A stretch of 40,547 bases of DNA from Escherichia phage MirsaeidiM_Esher2. The notes below the pieces were generated by a model. It was not told the origin of the DNA and made no database searches. It saw nothing but the letters and a program-made list of their open reading frames with translations. Every line of letters begins with the position of its first letter. Within the stretch, counting starts at the first letter, position 1. The translations under genes and the position numbers were made by a program. Location: the sequence record PQ464628.1, one strand, 5' to 3'. Shown here piece by piece: positions 5,696 to 16,112 of this stretch.

Positions 5696-8377
5696 ATGAG
5701 CATCATCTCTATTGATAAACACGACTTCTCTGATGTGTCTAACACCATTGAGCCGTTTAACCTGCTGGCTGACCACTACGGGCAAGACCTTGCAGTCAAG
5801 CAGCTTCAGCTTGAGCATGAGGCATACACTGAAGGCGAGCGACGTTTCATCAAGAACCTTGAGCGACAGACTGAGCGCGGGGAACTGGCAGACAATCAGG
5901 TCGCCAAGCCTTTGATGCAGACTCTTGTACCTAAGATTGCGCAAGCAGTCAAGGAGTGGCACGAAGGCCAAGACGGGAAGCTGTCAACCTCTCGTCCTAG
6001 CGTAGCGTTCACCATGTTGAGCACTGAAGAGAAGGCCGTCAAGGACCGCTCTATGCGCATCTCCTGTGAGTCCGCTGCGGTTATCATACTGAAGGTCATA
6101 CTCTCCAAGCTGGTCAAGCCCGAAGGGATACCGATTACACCTATGGCCTCCGCGATAGGTCGCACACTTGAGGACGAAATCCGCTTCGGTCGCATCCGTG
6201 ACAAAGAGAAAGAGCACTTCAAGAAGGCGATAGCTGATAACCTGAATAAGCGGGCCGGGGCGTCCTACAAGAAAGCCTACATGCAAGCGGTCGAGGCGTC
6301 CATGCTGGAGCAAGGCCAACTGGAAGATGCGTGGGGGACTTGGAGTCCTACAGAGGCTGTCCACGTTGGCATCAAGATGCTTGAGATTGTCATCCAGTCA
6401 ACACAACTGGTCGAGCTTAAGCGTTACGGTGCTGGCAATGCAGCGGCTGATGTCGAGATGGTCCACCTGTCAGACTTCTGGGTCAAGAAGATGGCACAAC
6501 GTGGATTCAGCCTTGCGGGTATCGCACCAGTCTATCAGCCTTGCGTCGTTCCACCTAAGCCGTGGACGGGTGTCGTAGGCGGTGGTTACTGGGCCAAAGG
6601 TCGCAGACCATTACCGCTGATTCGCTTAGGCTCTAAGTCTGCGGTAGCACGTTACGAAGACGTGTACATGCCTGAAGTCTATGAAGCTGTGAACATCATT
6701 CAGAATACACCTTGGAAAGTGAACAAGAAGGTTCTGGACGTGGTGAACATGGTCGAGAAGCTGAACAACACGCCTATTGATGACATCCCTCAGATGGAAC
6801 CGCTGAAGCCTGAGGACTATGCGGGTGAGACTGAGGAGGAACTCAAGGCATGGAAGAAAGCTGCTGCTGGTATCTATCGCCGCGAGAAGGCCAGACAGTC
6901 ACGCAGGTTGTCACTGAGCTTTATCGTTAACCAAGCGAACAAGTTCTCTCAGTTCAAGGCTATATGGTTCCCGTACAACATGGACTGGCGCGGTCGCGTC
7001 TACGCTGTGCCGATGTTCAACCCTCAGGGTAACGACATGCAGAAGGGTCTCCTGACTCTGGCAGTTGGCAAGCCTATTGGTGCTGACGGTTTCAAATGGC
7101 TAAAGGTACACGGTGCAAACTGCGCGGGTGTCGATAAAGTCACCTTCGAGGAGCGCATCAAGTGGGTGGAAGACAACCACGACAACATCATGGCTGCTGC
7201 TAAAGCACCTATGGACAGCATTGAGTGGTGGGGAAAGTTAGACTCTCCGTTCTGTTTCCTCGCGTTCTGCTTCGAGTATGCTGGCGTAATGCGCCATGGC
7301 CTGTCTTACTCCTGCTCGCTGCCGATAGCGTTCGATGGGTCCTGCTCTGGGATTCAGCACTTCAGCGCGATGCTTCGTGACCACATCGGTGGACATGCGG
7401 TAAACCTGACGCCTTCCGGTAAAGTCCAAGACATCTACCGCATCGTGTCCGACCGCATTGAGGAGGAGCTTAAAGTCCTGCTGGTTAACGGCACGGACAA
7501 CGAGATGGTAACTCACGAGGACAAGAAAACTGGTGAGATTACCGAGCGTCTCAAGCTGGGGACACGAGAGCTGGCCCGTCAGTGGCTGACCTACGGTATG
7601 TCACGCAAGGTTACTAAGCGCTCAGTCATGACTCTGGTCTACGGGTCGAAAGAGTACGGCTTCGCAGACCAAGTTTACGAGGACATCGTGATGCCCGCGA
7701 TTGACTCAGGGTCTGGCGCTATGTTCACCGAACCAAGCCAAGCGTCCCGCTTCATGGCTAAGATGATTTGGGAAGCTGTGAGCGTGACCGTAGTTGCTGC
7801 GGTAGACGCTATGAAGTGGCTTCAAGGTGCTGCCAAGCTGCTGGCTGCTGAAGTGAAAGACAAGAAGACTGGAGAAATCCTGAAGCCTTGCCTTCCGGTA
7901 CACTGGGTCACGCCTGATGGGTTCCCGGTCTGGCAGGAATACCGCAAGAAGGATACCACGCGTCTGAACCTGATGTTCTTAGGGTCATTCAACCTTCAGC
8001 CTACCGTCAACAAAGGCACGAAGAAAGAGCTGGATAAGCACAAGCAGGAGTCAGGCATTAGCCCGAACTTCGTCCACTCACAAGATGGTAGCCACCTCCG
8101 CAAGACTGTAGTCCATACTCACCGCAAGTATGGCGTGATGTCGTTCGCAGTGATTCACGATAGCTTCGGGACCATCCCGGCTGACGCTGAGTATCTGTTC
8201 CGTGGGGTCCGTGAGACTATGGTAGAGACCTACCGCGACAACGATGTGCTGCTTGACTTCTACGAGCAGTTTGAATACCAGCTTCACGAGAGCCAGCGCG
8301 ATAAGTTGCCAGAGCTTCCGAAGAAAGGTAAACTGAATATCGAAGACATCTTGTCTTCAGACTTTGCATTCGCCTAA
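5696..8377 (+). CDS. 1: single-subunit DNA-directed RNA polymerase (T7 gp1 homolog)
   Basis: 893 aa; colinear with recalled T7 RNAP (PFNLLADHYG, GRIRD, QPCVVPPKPWTG, DGSCSGIQHFSAM, HDSFGTIPADA, ending SDFAFA). Confidence 0.97.
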   Translation: MSIISIDKHDFSDVSNTIEPFNLLADHYGQDLAVKQLQLEHEAYTEGERRFIKNLERQTERGELADNQVAKPLMQTLVPKIAQAVKEWHEGQDGKLSTSRPSVAFTMLSTEEKAVKDRSMRISCESAAVIILKVILSKLVKPEGIPITPMASAIGRTLEDEIRFGRIRDKEKEHFKKAIADNLNKRAGASYKKAYMQAVEASMLEQGQLEDAWGTWSPTEAVHVGIKMLEIVIQSTQLVELKRYGAGNAAADVEMVHLSDFWVKKMAQRGFSLAGIAPVYQPCVVPPKPWTGVVGGGYWAKGRRPLPLIRLGSKSAVARYEDVYMPEVYEAVNIIQNTPWKVNKKVLDVVNMVEKLNNTPIDDIPQMEPLKPEDYAGETEEELKAWKKAAAGIYRREKARQSRRLSLSFIVNQANKFSQFKAIWFPYNMDWRGRVYAVPMFNPQGNDMQKGLLTLAVGKPIGADGFKWLKVHGANCAGVDKVTFEERIKWVEDNHDNIMAAAKAPMDSIEWWGKLDSPFCFLAFCFEYAGVMRHGLSYSCSLPIAFDGSCSGIQHFSAMLRDHIGGHAVNLTPSGKVQDIYRIVSDRIEEELKVLLVNGTDNEMVTHEDKKTGEITERLKLGTRELARQWLTYGMSRKVTKRSVMTLVYGSKEYGFADQVYEDIVMPAIDSGSGAMFTEPSQASRFMAKMIWEAVSVTVVAAVDAMKWLQGAAKLLAAEVKDKKTGEILKPCLPVHWVTPDGFPVWQEYRKKDTTRLNLMFLGSFNLQPTVNKGTKKELDKHKQESGISPNFVHSQDGSHLRKTVVHTHRKYGVMSFAVIHDSFGTIPADAEYLFRGVRETMVETYRDNDVLLDFYEQFEYQLHESQRDKLPELPKKGKLNIEDILSSDFAFA

Positions 8378-8391
8378 CAGGAGAGAGAGCT

Positions 8392-8607
8392 ATGAAATTT
8401 GCACACAAGCATACTGGCGTTAATGGTGGGACTCAAATCGTGACCGTAACAGAACACAACGGCAAGGGTCTGGTGAAGACCACGGTCATCCCTACCGAGA
8501 TGTCCAAGCAGCTTAACATCCCGTTCAAGACTCTTGTAGATCTGGTCGAGTCCAGCCATGAGAAGTACCTGAAGGACGCAGTGTCCAAGCTGGAGCAGGC
8601 CAAATGA
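8392..8607 (+). CDS. hypothetical protein (71 aa) between RNAP and promoter phi1.1
   Basis: Strong SD AGGAGA 8 nt upstream of ATG; no T7 counterpart recalled. Confidence 0.55.
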   Translation: MKFAHKHTGVNGGTQIVTVTEHNGKGLVKTTVIPTEMSKQLNIPFKTLVDLVESSHEKYLKDAVSKLEQAK

Positions 8608-8681
8608 CAGACCTACAGTTACTGGCCTTGTGGCTAGGAGCACTCGCAGTATTCACTTTAATCCAACGCAGAAGAGGTTAA

Positions 8682-8704
8682 CCTAAACTATCACTATAGG
8701 ATTA
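8682..8704 (+). promoter_or_regulatory. phage-RNAP promoter (CCTAAACTATCACTATAGGATTA)
   Basis: Consensus 23-mer; upstream of the gene 1.1-like ORF. Confidence 0.8.
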
Positions 8705-8747
8705 GACTCAAGGTCATGACTCAAAGTCGTGGCCTTCATGATTAACC
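8705..8747 (+). promoter_or_regulatory. RNase III-type hairpin candidate (R1.1-like)
   Basis: Upper stem AGGTCA 8711..8716 / TGGCCT 8730..8735 with 13-nt loop; motif TAGACTCAAGGTCAT...GTGGCCTTYATGRTTA shared with 16049.. and 40481.. Confidence 0.45.
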
Positions 8748-8777
8748 CTAAATAAACACTACTGGAGATTTAACCTT

Positions 8778-8957
8778 ATGTATCAGAATACTATCAACTT
8801 CGAGCGCATCCGTGAACGTCAGCAGACTGAAGGTTACATTCCGAAGGGTCGCAAGCTGAACAAGACTAAACGTGGTGGTGGCGTGAAGGGTGCTTTCCGT
8901 AATGCTGAAGGTAAAGACTCTCTGGTCAACCAAGAGAAATACTTCGTAGGAGCATAA
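8778..8957 (+). CDS. 1.1: small basic protein, T7 gp1.1-like (59 aa)
   Basis: ATG with GGAG upstream; contains KGRKLNKTKR as recalled for T7 gp1.1; below ORF-track cutoff. Confidence 0.6.
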   Translation: MYQNTINFERIRERQQTEGYIPKGRKLNKTKRGGGVKGAFRNAEGKDSLVNQEKYFVGA

Positions 8958-8961
8958 CCAA

Positions 8962-9225
8962 ATGGGCCGACTTTATAGTGGCAACCTCAACGCTTTCAAA
9001 GCGGCGTGTAACAGGCTCTATCAGTTAGACTTCGCTGTCATATCTCAAGAGTTTCAAGACTATACGTCACGCCAAGAGTGCATGAAACTCAGGGTGGAGG
9101 ACCGAGCTGGTAACATCTTCGCGCTTGAGACCTTCGCACACTACGATGAAGACGTGCTGTATAATACTGCAACAGACTACCTCAACGGTCTCGCTGACCA
9201 TCTCGACACATGGAGCAAAGCATAA
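8962..9225 (+). CDS. 1.2: gp1.2-like protein (dGTP triphosphohydrolase inhibitor in T7)
   Basis: 87 aa; MGRLYSGNL..AFKAA..YDEDVL matches recalled T7 gp1.2; SD AGGAG. Confidence 0.85.
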   Translation: MGRLYSGNLNAFKAACNRLYQLDFAVISQEFQDYTSRQECMKLRVEDRAGNIFALETFAHYDEDVLYNTATDYLNGLADHLDTWSKA

Positions 9226-10256
9226 TGACAACTATTAAAACCAACCCGCACCGCGCTGTAGATTACTCTGAGTATGGCATTAAGAAGGCACTGGAAGCAG
9301 CCGGGTCTCTGGAAGCTGAAGTGAAGTACGATGGTGTGCGGTTGAACCTTCCAGTCTTCCCATCAGGCGAGACCCAATGGTTGAGCCGTGAGTCTAAACC
9401 ACTTCCTTCCCTTAGCTGGATGAACACATCCGGTGAGGACATTGGGGCGACCAAGGCAAGCGACTGGCGGTGGTTCCTGAAGCAAGCTGGATATGAGGGG
9501 ACTGGCCTGATGATTGATGGTGAGGTCATGGTAAAGGGTGTAGACTTCAACACGTCTTCTGGCCTCATTCGCACGAAGTATGTCAAGTCTAAAAACTGCG
9601 CCCTCCACGATGGTGATTGGGACCTCAAGTCCAAGACTACTCAGTTCCGGCTGGACCGAGACCGTATCAAGGTGGTCGTCTATGGTATCGTGGACCTTAA
9701 CGTCATCCTCGACCCGAAAGCCGAAGGTCCTATCCATAGCGTCACCCGCCTGAAGGCCGAAGCTATCGTCCCTCTCCTTCAGAAATACTTCCCGGAAATC
9801 GACTGGGTTCTGTCTGAGAGTCATACAGTGTTCAACCTTGAGTATCTTCGTGATTTGTACGAGGAGAAGCGAGCAGATGGACATGAAGGTCTGGTAGTCA
9901 AGGACCCACTGGGCAAATACAAGCGTGGTAAGAAGTCTGGTATGTGGAAGATGAAGCCAAGTGAAGAGGCGGATGGTCACGTTGTTCGCCCGGTGTGGGG
10001 AACAGAAGGTCTAGCCAACGAAGGTACGGTCATCGGCTTCGACGTTATGCTCGAGAACGGGATGGAGGTCTCCGCAACTAACATTAGTCGCGCCCTTATG
10101 ACCGAGTTCACGGAGAACGTTAAGTCAGACCCTGACTACTACAAGGGGTGGGCTTGCCAGATTACCTACATGGAGGAGACACCAGATGGCTCATTGCGAC
10201 ACCCCTCGTTTGACCAGTGGCGCGGGACGGAAGATAACCCTACCATTAAGAGCTAA
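9225..10256 (+). CDS. 1.3: ATP-dependent DNA ligase (T7 gp1.3 homolog)
   Basis: KYDGVR adenylation motif, MVKGVDFNT, EGHEGLVVKDP, KSGMWKMKP, DGSLRHPSF; start set at the ATG overlapping the gp1.2 stop (GGAG 9 nt upstream); ORF track starts at 9210. Confidence 0.93.
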   Translation: MTTIKTNPHRAVDYSEYGIKKALEAAGSLEAEVKYDGVRLNLPVFPSGETQWLSRESKPLPSLSWMNTSGEDIGATKASDWRWFLKQAGYEGTGLMIDGEVMVKGVDFNTSSGLIRTKYVKSKNCALHDGDWDLKSKTTQFRLDRDRIKVVVYGIVDLNVILDPKAEGPIHSVTRLKAEAIVPLLQKYFPEIDWVLSESHTVFNLEYLRDLYEEKRADGHEGLVVKDPLGKYKRGKKSGMWKMKPSEEADGHVVRPVWGTEGLANEGTVIGFDVMLENGMEVSATNISRALMTEFTENVKSDPDYYKGWACQITYMEETPDGSLRHPSFDQWRGTEDNPTIKS

Positions 10257-10265
10257 CTAAATGTC

Positions 10266-10300
10266 AACCCAGTGGTCTTATGACTGCTGGGTTTCTTTGC
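10266..10300 (+). terminator. candidate intrinsic terminator after ligase (TE-like)
   Basis: Stem AACCCAG 10266..10272 / CTGGGTT 10287..10293 followed by TTCTTTG; same position as T7 early terminator TE. Confidence 0.45.
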
Positions 10301-10319
10301 GTCTAGGCCACAGATAGAC

Positions 10320-10342
10320 CCTAAGCTATCACTATAGGACAA
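10320..10342 (+). promoter_or_regulatory. phage-RNAP promoter (CCTAAGCTATCACTATAGGACAA)
   Basis: One mismatch from the window consensus. Confidence 0.7.
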
Positions 10343-10366
10343 CCAACAACAACCTAAGGAGACTCT

Positions 10367-10627
10367 ATGTCTAAGAACTTAATGTTCAACCGTTATTCCA
10401 ATACCTTCCACCTGTCTCACAACCCGTTCGCTTGCATTAAGCGCAACGAGAAGCTGGGATACTTCGGGAAGGCTGTTAAGTTATCACCTACAGTCTACGC
10501 TCTGATTACTCCGGGCAGAGCTGAAGAGGCGCGCCAGAAGCGTGAGACCAACGTACCTGTGGTCTACACTAAGTGGCCTCGCGTTCGTCTGTTCGTTGAG
10601 TTCGTGAAGGAGGTGATCAATGCTTAA
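10367..10627 (+). CDS. hypothetical class II small protein (T7 gp1.5/1.6 position)
   Basis: 86 aa; SD AAGGAG upstream; assigned by position only. Confidence 0.6.
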   Translation: MSKNLMFNRYSNTFHLSHNPFACIKRNEKLGYFGKAVKLSPTVYALITPGRAEEARQKRETNVPVVYTKWPRVRLFVEFVKEVINA

Positions 10628-11054
10628 GGTCGGGGATGTGGTGTGCTACGCTGGGACGCATAGTCAATTTATTGGCCGCTATGATGGTAAGGTTCTTAGC
10701 GTATGTAAATCAGGGGACTCAGTAGAGGTGAAATGGCCGGGGATTATTGAGCCAGTTAAACACGGTAAAGCCGCACTAATTATCACCAATAATGTTCGGG
10801 ACAAACCAGAAGTCAGTGACGACGGTGTACGCAAGCCGTCTCACTATAAGGTCTTTGATGGCGTGGAATCCATTGAGATTATCGCACGGTCAATGACTGT
10901 GAGTGAGTTCCGTGGGTTCTGCATGGGTAACGTCCTGAAGTATCGACTCCGGGCTGGTAAGAAGTCCGAGCTGGCTACTATGGAGAAGGACTTGAACAAG
11001 GCAGCCTTCTATCAGGAGCTATTCGACTTGCATAAAGGTAAGTGCTATGCTTAA
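10620..11054 (+). CDS. 1.7: gp1.7-like protein (nucleotide kinase C-terminal region)
   Basis: 144 aa; C-terminal half (KPSHYKVFDGVESIEIIARSMT...GNVLKYRLRAGKKSELA...KCYA) matches recalled T7 gp1.7; shorter N-terminus than T7; SD AAGGAGG. Confidence 0.8.
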   Translation: MLKVGDVVCYAGTHSQFIGRYDGKVLSVCKSGDSVEVKWPGIIEPVKHGKAALIITNNVRDKPEVSDDGVRKPSHYKVFDGVESIEIIARSMTVSEFRGFCMGNVLKYRLRAGKKSELATMEKDLNKAAFYQELFDLHKGKCYA

Positions 11055-11134
11055 TGATATTGTGTATTACTGTGTAGTATGCGCCGGAGTTGGAGCACTA
11101 ATCCTTTTAATATATTGGGCCATAGAGGTGTAAT

Positions 11135-11233
11135 ATGGAAAAGCCGAGTGAGTGGTGCGAGCGTAAATTTGAGGAGACAGGTAACGTCGATTACCTTCAG
11201 CTCTACAACTTATGGAAGGAGCGTGGTCTATGA
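11135..11233 (+). CDS. hypothetical 32-aa protein (gp1.8 position)
   Basis: ATG with GAGGTG upstream; stop overlaps the gp2 start (ATGA). Confidence 0.35.
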   Translation: MEKPSEWCERKFEETGNVDYLQLYNLWKERGL

Positions 11234-11388
11234 CTGACGTAGAGAAGAAATACATCGTTGAGCTTGAGGGTCGCGTTCAGTCCTTCGAGGTTCCGGTGTA
11301 CGCAAAGTCTCTTGAAGAGGCTACCCTGAAGTCCCAAGAGTATGAGGACGCTGGGTTTGTGGTAGGACGGATTCGTCCTGAGACCTAA
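11230..11388 (+). CDS. 2: gp2-like inhibitor of host RNA polymerase (52 aa)
   Basis: [14 protein letters not shown]...GF.V.RIRP resembles recalled T7 gp2; stop TAA lies inside the next promoter. Confidence 0.7.
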   Translation: MTDVEKKYIVELEGRVQSFEVPVYAKSLEEATLKSQEYEDAGFVVGRIRPET

Positions 11389-11406
11389 ACTATCACTGTA
11401 GGACAG
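11384..11406 (+). promoter_or_regulatory. phage-RNAP promoter (CCTAAACTATCACTGTAGGACAG)
   Basis: Consensus with G at -3; upstream of SSB gene. Confidence 0.65.
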
Positions 11407-11445
11407 ACGTCCAGTTCGTAACTTTAAATTAGGAGATTTACACCG

Positions 11446-12144
11446 ATGGCTAAAGAGCAACTGAAGACTTTCACCACTCCGGTAGCTGGTATCGTTGAGC
11501 CTTACGCATGGCTTAACAAAGCAGACACCAAGTTTAACGAGCGTGGTGAGCATAAGGTTAACCTGACTTTCAGTCTGGATGACCAGAAGGTCCGTAAGAT
11601 GATTGATGTCTTACAGAAGATTCACGACGATGCGTATGCGAAAGCACTCGCAGACCACGAGAAGAACCCACCTCAGGTTCAGCGTGGCAAGAAGCCTATC
11701 GAGCCGCGCGAAGGCGATATGCCGTGGATTGAGAATGGGGACGGTACTGTTACCCTGAAGTTTAAATGCTTTGCGTCTTACCTTAAAGACGGCAAGTCAG
11801 AGCCTATCGTATTACGGTTCTACGACACCGATGCTAAGTTAATCCGTGACGTCCCGAATATTGGCGCTGGCTCAAAGCTGAAGGTCAAGTTTAAAGTCCT
11901 GCCGTTCAAGTGGAACGCTGCGACTGGTGCAAGCGTTAAGCTCCAGCTTGAGTCCTGCCTTCTGGTAGAACTGAAGGAGTGGAAAGGTGATGGTGCGGGT
12001 GGCGATGGTGGCTGGGGTGATGATGAAGACCTCGGTACTGGCTACAAAGCGTCAGCCGATGGTGACTTCGGGTCTGATGACTTCGGTGACGATGGTTCCG
12101 AAGGTGGTTCCGAGTCCAACTCTGGTGGCGATTACGACTTCTAA
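11446..12144 (+). CDS. 2.5: single-stranded DNA-binding protein (T7 gp2.5 homolog)
   Basis: 232 aa; GSKLKVKFKVLPFKWNAATGASVKLQLES and acidic Gly/Asp-rich tail ending DYDF, as in T7 gp2.5. Confidence 0.95.
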   Translation: MAKEQLKTFTTPVAGIVEPYAWLNKADTKFNERGEHKVNLTFSLDDQKVRKMIDVLQKIHDDAYAKALADHEKNPPQVQRGKKPIEPREGDMPWIENGDGTVTLKFKCFASYLKDGKSEPIVLRFYDTDAKLIRDVPNIGAGSKLKVKFKVLPFKWNAATGASVKLQLESCLLVELKEWKGDGAGGDGGWGDDEDLGTGYKASADGDFGSDDFGDDGSEGGSESNSGGDYDF

Positions 12145-12599
12145 TGGCCCAATGGTCTGCAAAACGGGGGCACTCTGTGGGTGCCTACCGCTCTGGACTT
12201 GAAGCCAAGAACCAGCAGTGGCTGGAACAGAACGGCGTCAAAGCGGAGTACGAAAGCCATTATATCAACTATGTGATTCCGGCTTCCGACCACAAGTACA
12301 CACCAGATTTTATCCTTCCCAACGGTATCATCGTGGAGACCAAAGGTATCTTCGATAGTGATGACCGTAAGAAGCACCTTCTGGTACGAGAACAGCACCC
12401 AGAGTTAGACATCCGGTTCGTGTTCTCAAGTTCCCGCTCCAAGTTATACAAAGGGTCTCCGACCACGTATGGCGCATGGTGCGAAAAGAACGGCTTTAAA
12501 TTTGCCGATAAATTCATCCCGGTTGAGTGGCTGCGAGAGGCGACTGTACGTCTGCCTTCTGGTATACTCATTCCCAAGAAGAAAGGAGTTAAGTTATGA
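12144..12599 (+). CDS. 3: endonuclease I, Holliday-junction resolvase (T7 gp3 homolog)
   Basis: 151 aa; YVIPASDHKYTPDFILPNGIIVETKG...DDRKKHLLVREQHPELDIRFVFSS matches recalled T7 gp3. Confidence 0.95.
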   Translation: MAQWSAKRGHSVGAYRSGLEAKNQQWLEQNGVKAEYESHYINYVIPASDHKYTPDFILPNGIIVETKGIFDSDDRKKHLLVREQHPELDIRFVFSSSRSKLYKGSPTTYGAWCEKNGFKFADKFIPVEWLREATVRLPSGILIPKKKGVKL

Positions 12600-12820
12600 C
12601 TCAAGAAGTTAAGGTCGTTCGTAAGCGTCTGACCATTGATAAAATCCCGGTAGGCTATGCGTTTATCGTCCACGGTAAGCCTGGTGAAGTGTACGTGAAG
12701 ATTAGTAACTCTCACGTCTTCAACCATAAGTTGCTCCAGATGCACACCACGGATGCTAACCGCTTCCAACGTCATCTGAACCTCGTAGCTGTAGAGCTGG
12801 TGGTGTATGATGGTGAGTAA
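12596..12820 (+). CDS. hypothetical protein (74 aa)
   Basis: ATG overlaps gp3 stop (ATGA); lies between genes 3 and 3.5. Confidence 0.55.
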   Translation: MTQEVKVVRKRLTIDKIPVGYAFIVHGKPGEVYVKISNSHVFNHKLLQMHTTDANRFQRHLNLVAVELVVYDGE

Positions 12821-13274
12821 GGTTCAGTTCAACCCACGGTCCCGGACTGACGCTATCTTCGTTCACTGTTCGGCTACCAAGCCAGAGATGGACATCGGGG
12901 TAGAGACCATCCGTATGTGGCACAAGCAGCAAGGCTGGCTGGACGTAGGCTACCACTTTATCATCAAGCGCGATGGTACTGTGGAAGAGGGTCGCCCGGT
13001 CAATGTCGTAGGGTCACACGTTAAGGACTGGAACTCACGGTCTGTAGGCGTCTGCCTTGTAGGGGGAATTGACGCTAAGGGTCAGTTTGAAGCTAACTTC
13101 ACTCCAGCCCAGATGAACTCCCTGCGCAACAAGCTGGAGGAGCTTATGAGTAAGTACCCTAATGCAGAGCTAATGGCCCATCATTCAGTGGCAGCCAAAG
13201 CCTGTCCGAGTTTCGACGTGAAGCGATGGTGGACCAAGAATGAACTGGTTACATCTGACCGCGAATCAGTTTAG
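12807..13274 (+). CDS. 3.5: N-acetylmuramoyl-L-alanine amidase / lysozyme (T7 gp3.5 homolog)
   Basis: DAIFVHCSATKP, QGWLDVGYHFIIKRDGTVEEGR, AHHSVAAKACPSFDVKRWW match recalled T7 lysozyme. Confidence 0.95.
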   Translation: MMVSKVQFNPRSRTDAIFVHCSATKPEMDIGVETIRMWHKQQGWLDVGYHFIIKRDGTVEEGRPVNVVGSHVKDWNSRSVGVCLVGGIDAKGQFEANFTPAQMNSLRNKLEELMSKYPNAELMAHHSVAAKACPSFDVKRWWTKNELVTSDRESV

Positions 13275-13683
13275 TATCGACCCATCTAGTCCCTCAGGTC
13301 TATCCAGAAATGGTAAGCCTACTGGATGGGACGCTGGTAGATATTGGAGGACTAAGGTTAAAGGGAAGCCAGTAATGTGCCACGTCATAATCATGATGCT
13401 CAAAACTGGAGGTCCTCTACCAGATGGAATGGAAGTTGACCATATTGACCGTGACGGCCATAACAACAGGATTGACAACCTCAGGATTGTGACTAGGCAA
13501 GTCAACGTATGCAACACCAGCGTTAGGAAGGACTCAAAGTCTGGCATCAAGGGTGTAGCATACAGAGCTGGCAGAACTAAGCCTTATGTAGCACACAAGC
13601 AGCGCTTTGGAGAGAGGACGTCGAAGTCTTTCAAAACATCTAATGAAGCCATCGAATGGCTAGGAGAACAACCCAATGATTAA
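13240..13683 (+). CDS. 3.8: HNH endonuclease with AP2-like domain (T7 gp3.8 position)
   Basis: HNH motif EVDHIDRDGHNNRIDNLRIVTRQVN; downstream GIKGVAYRAGRTKPYVAHK (AP2-like); start overlaps the 3' end of the amidase gene by 35 nt. Confidence 0.8.
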   Translation: MNWLHLTANQFSIDPSSPSGLSRNGKPTGWDAGRYWRTKVKGKPVMCHVIIMMLKTGGPLPDGMEVDHIDRDGHNNRIDNLRIVTRQVNVCNTSVRKDSKSGIKGVAYRAGRTKPYVAHKQRFGERTSKSFKTSNEAIEWLGEQPND

Positions 13684-13891
13684 ACTTATCGAATTTCTTG
13701 GTCGTCTGGCGGTGCGTGGTTATCGTCGTGCTGCGGTACTGGAACGAAAGGTAGAAAAGAAGACTGCGGACGGTGCGGCTGATGCTGCTGCTCTGGCTGA
13801 CAAGCTGACCATCGCGTCACTGGAAGCTGGCATGAAGGCTCGTCAGGCTGATACCAAAGCTGACCAGTTGGCTCAGTTCTTCAAAGCCTAA
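13676..13891 (+). CDS. hypothetical Ala-rich helical protein (71 aa)
   Basis: ATG overlaps HNH stop; stop TAA lies inside the next promoter-like sequence. Confidence 0.5.
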   Translation: MIKLIEFLGRLAVRGYRRAAVLERKVEKKTADGAADAAALADKLTIASLEAGMKARQADTKADQLAQFFKA

Positions 13892-13909
13892 ACTATCACC
13901 TTAGGGATT
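13887..13909 (+). promoter_or_regulatory. divergent phage-RNAP promoter-like sequence (CCTAAACTATCACCTTAGGGATT)
   Basis: Matches consensus upstream half but has CTTA in place of TATA at -4..-1; activity uncertain. Confidence 0.4.
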
Positions 13910-13959
13910 GGACCATTAGTCCTGTCCCTTTGTTCGCATTATTGATTAAGGAGTGACCA

Positions 13960-14139
13960 ATGGTTACAGTTATTCTAGTTCTAACGCTGATCAGTGGTAG
14001 TGGGCAAACTATCAGCCAAGTACCTATAACAGCGCCAACATTACAGGACGCATTCACAATATGTGACCAGTCCGGCTCAAAGTGGGCCGATAAGTTTGGC
14101 GATGTATCAAACGTTGCAGCAGGGTATGAGTGTATTTAA
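13960..14139 (+). CDS. hypothetical small hydrophobic protein (59 aa)
   Basis: SD AAGGAG 8 nt upstream; N-terminal hydrophobic segment VTVILVLTLISG; its translation initiation region is duplicated at the gene 4 start. Confidence 0.4.
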   Translation: MVTVILVLTLISGSGQTISQVPITAPTLQDAFTICDQSGSKWADKFGDVSNVAAGYECI

Positions 14140-14146
14140 GGAGTGA

Positions 14147-15850
<1,704 letters not shown>

Positions 15851-15865
15851 TTACGAGAAGTATAA

Positions 15866-16048
15866 ATGGAGGGTTACATTCTAATGTTACGAAAACTTAA
15901 AGCTCGCTACCATCGGTTCATGTACAAATGGTGGAGTGACGAAGCAACCTGCCTGTCCAACATTCTGGGAGACCAAAGGTTCGACTCCGAGGCGTGGAAG
16001 AGAGCTAACCGGAAGTTTATGTATCACTTCTTGCGTACAGACTTCTAG
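15866..16048 (+). CDS. hypothetical protein (60 aa; may start at 15884)
   Basis: Second ATG at 15884 has GGAGGG 9 nt upstream; position corresponds to T7 genes 4.3/4.5. Confidence 0.45.
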   Translation: MEGYILMLRKLKARYHRFMYKWWSDEATCLSNILGDQRFDSEAWKRANRKFMYHFLRTDF

Positions 16049-16096
16049 GTCTAGACTCAAGGTCATTCATAGCGAGTGGCCTTTATGATTAGACTA
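16049..16096 (+). promoter_or_regulatory. RNase III-type hairpin candidate upstream of DNA polymerase gene
   Basis: Upper stem AGGTCA 16060..16065 / TGGCCT 16077..16082, 11-nt loop; shares the motif seen at 8705.. and 40481.. Confidence 0.45.
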
Positions 16097-16112
16097 AAGC
16101 GGAGGATTAACC

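Noticed and set aside
4839-5696. Search for a gene 0.7-type protein kinase
   Set aside because: No ORF longer than 86 aa exists between ocr and the RNAP gene; kinase considered absent rather than missed
9363-9980. 205-aa minus-strand ORF (also 12269..12775, 24986..25540, 5984..6364 and all other minus-strand ORFs in the track)
   Set aside because: They lie antisense inside well-supported + strand genes, lack SD sequences, and T7-type genomes are transcribed entirely from one strand
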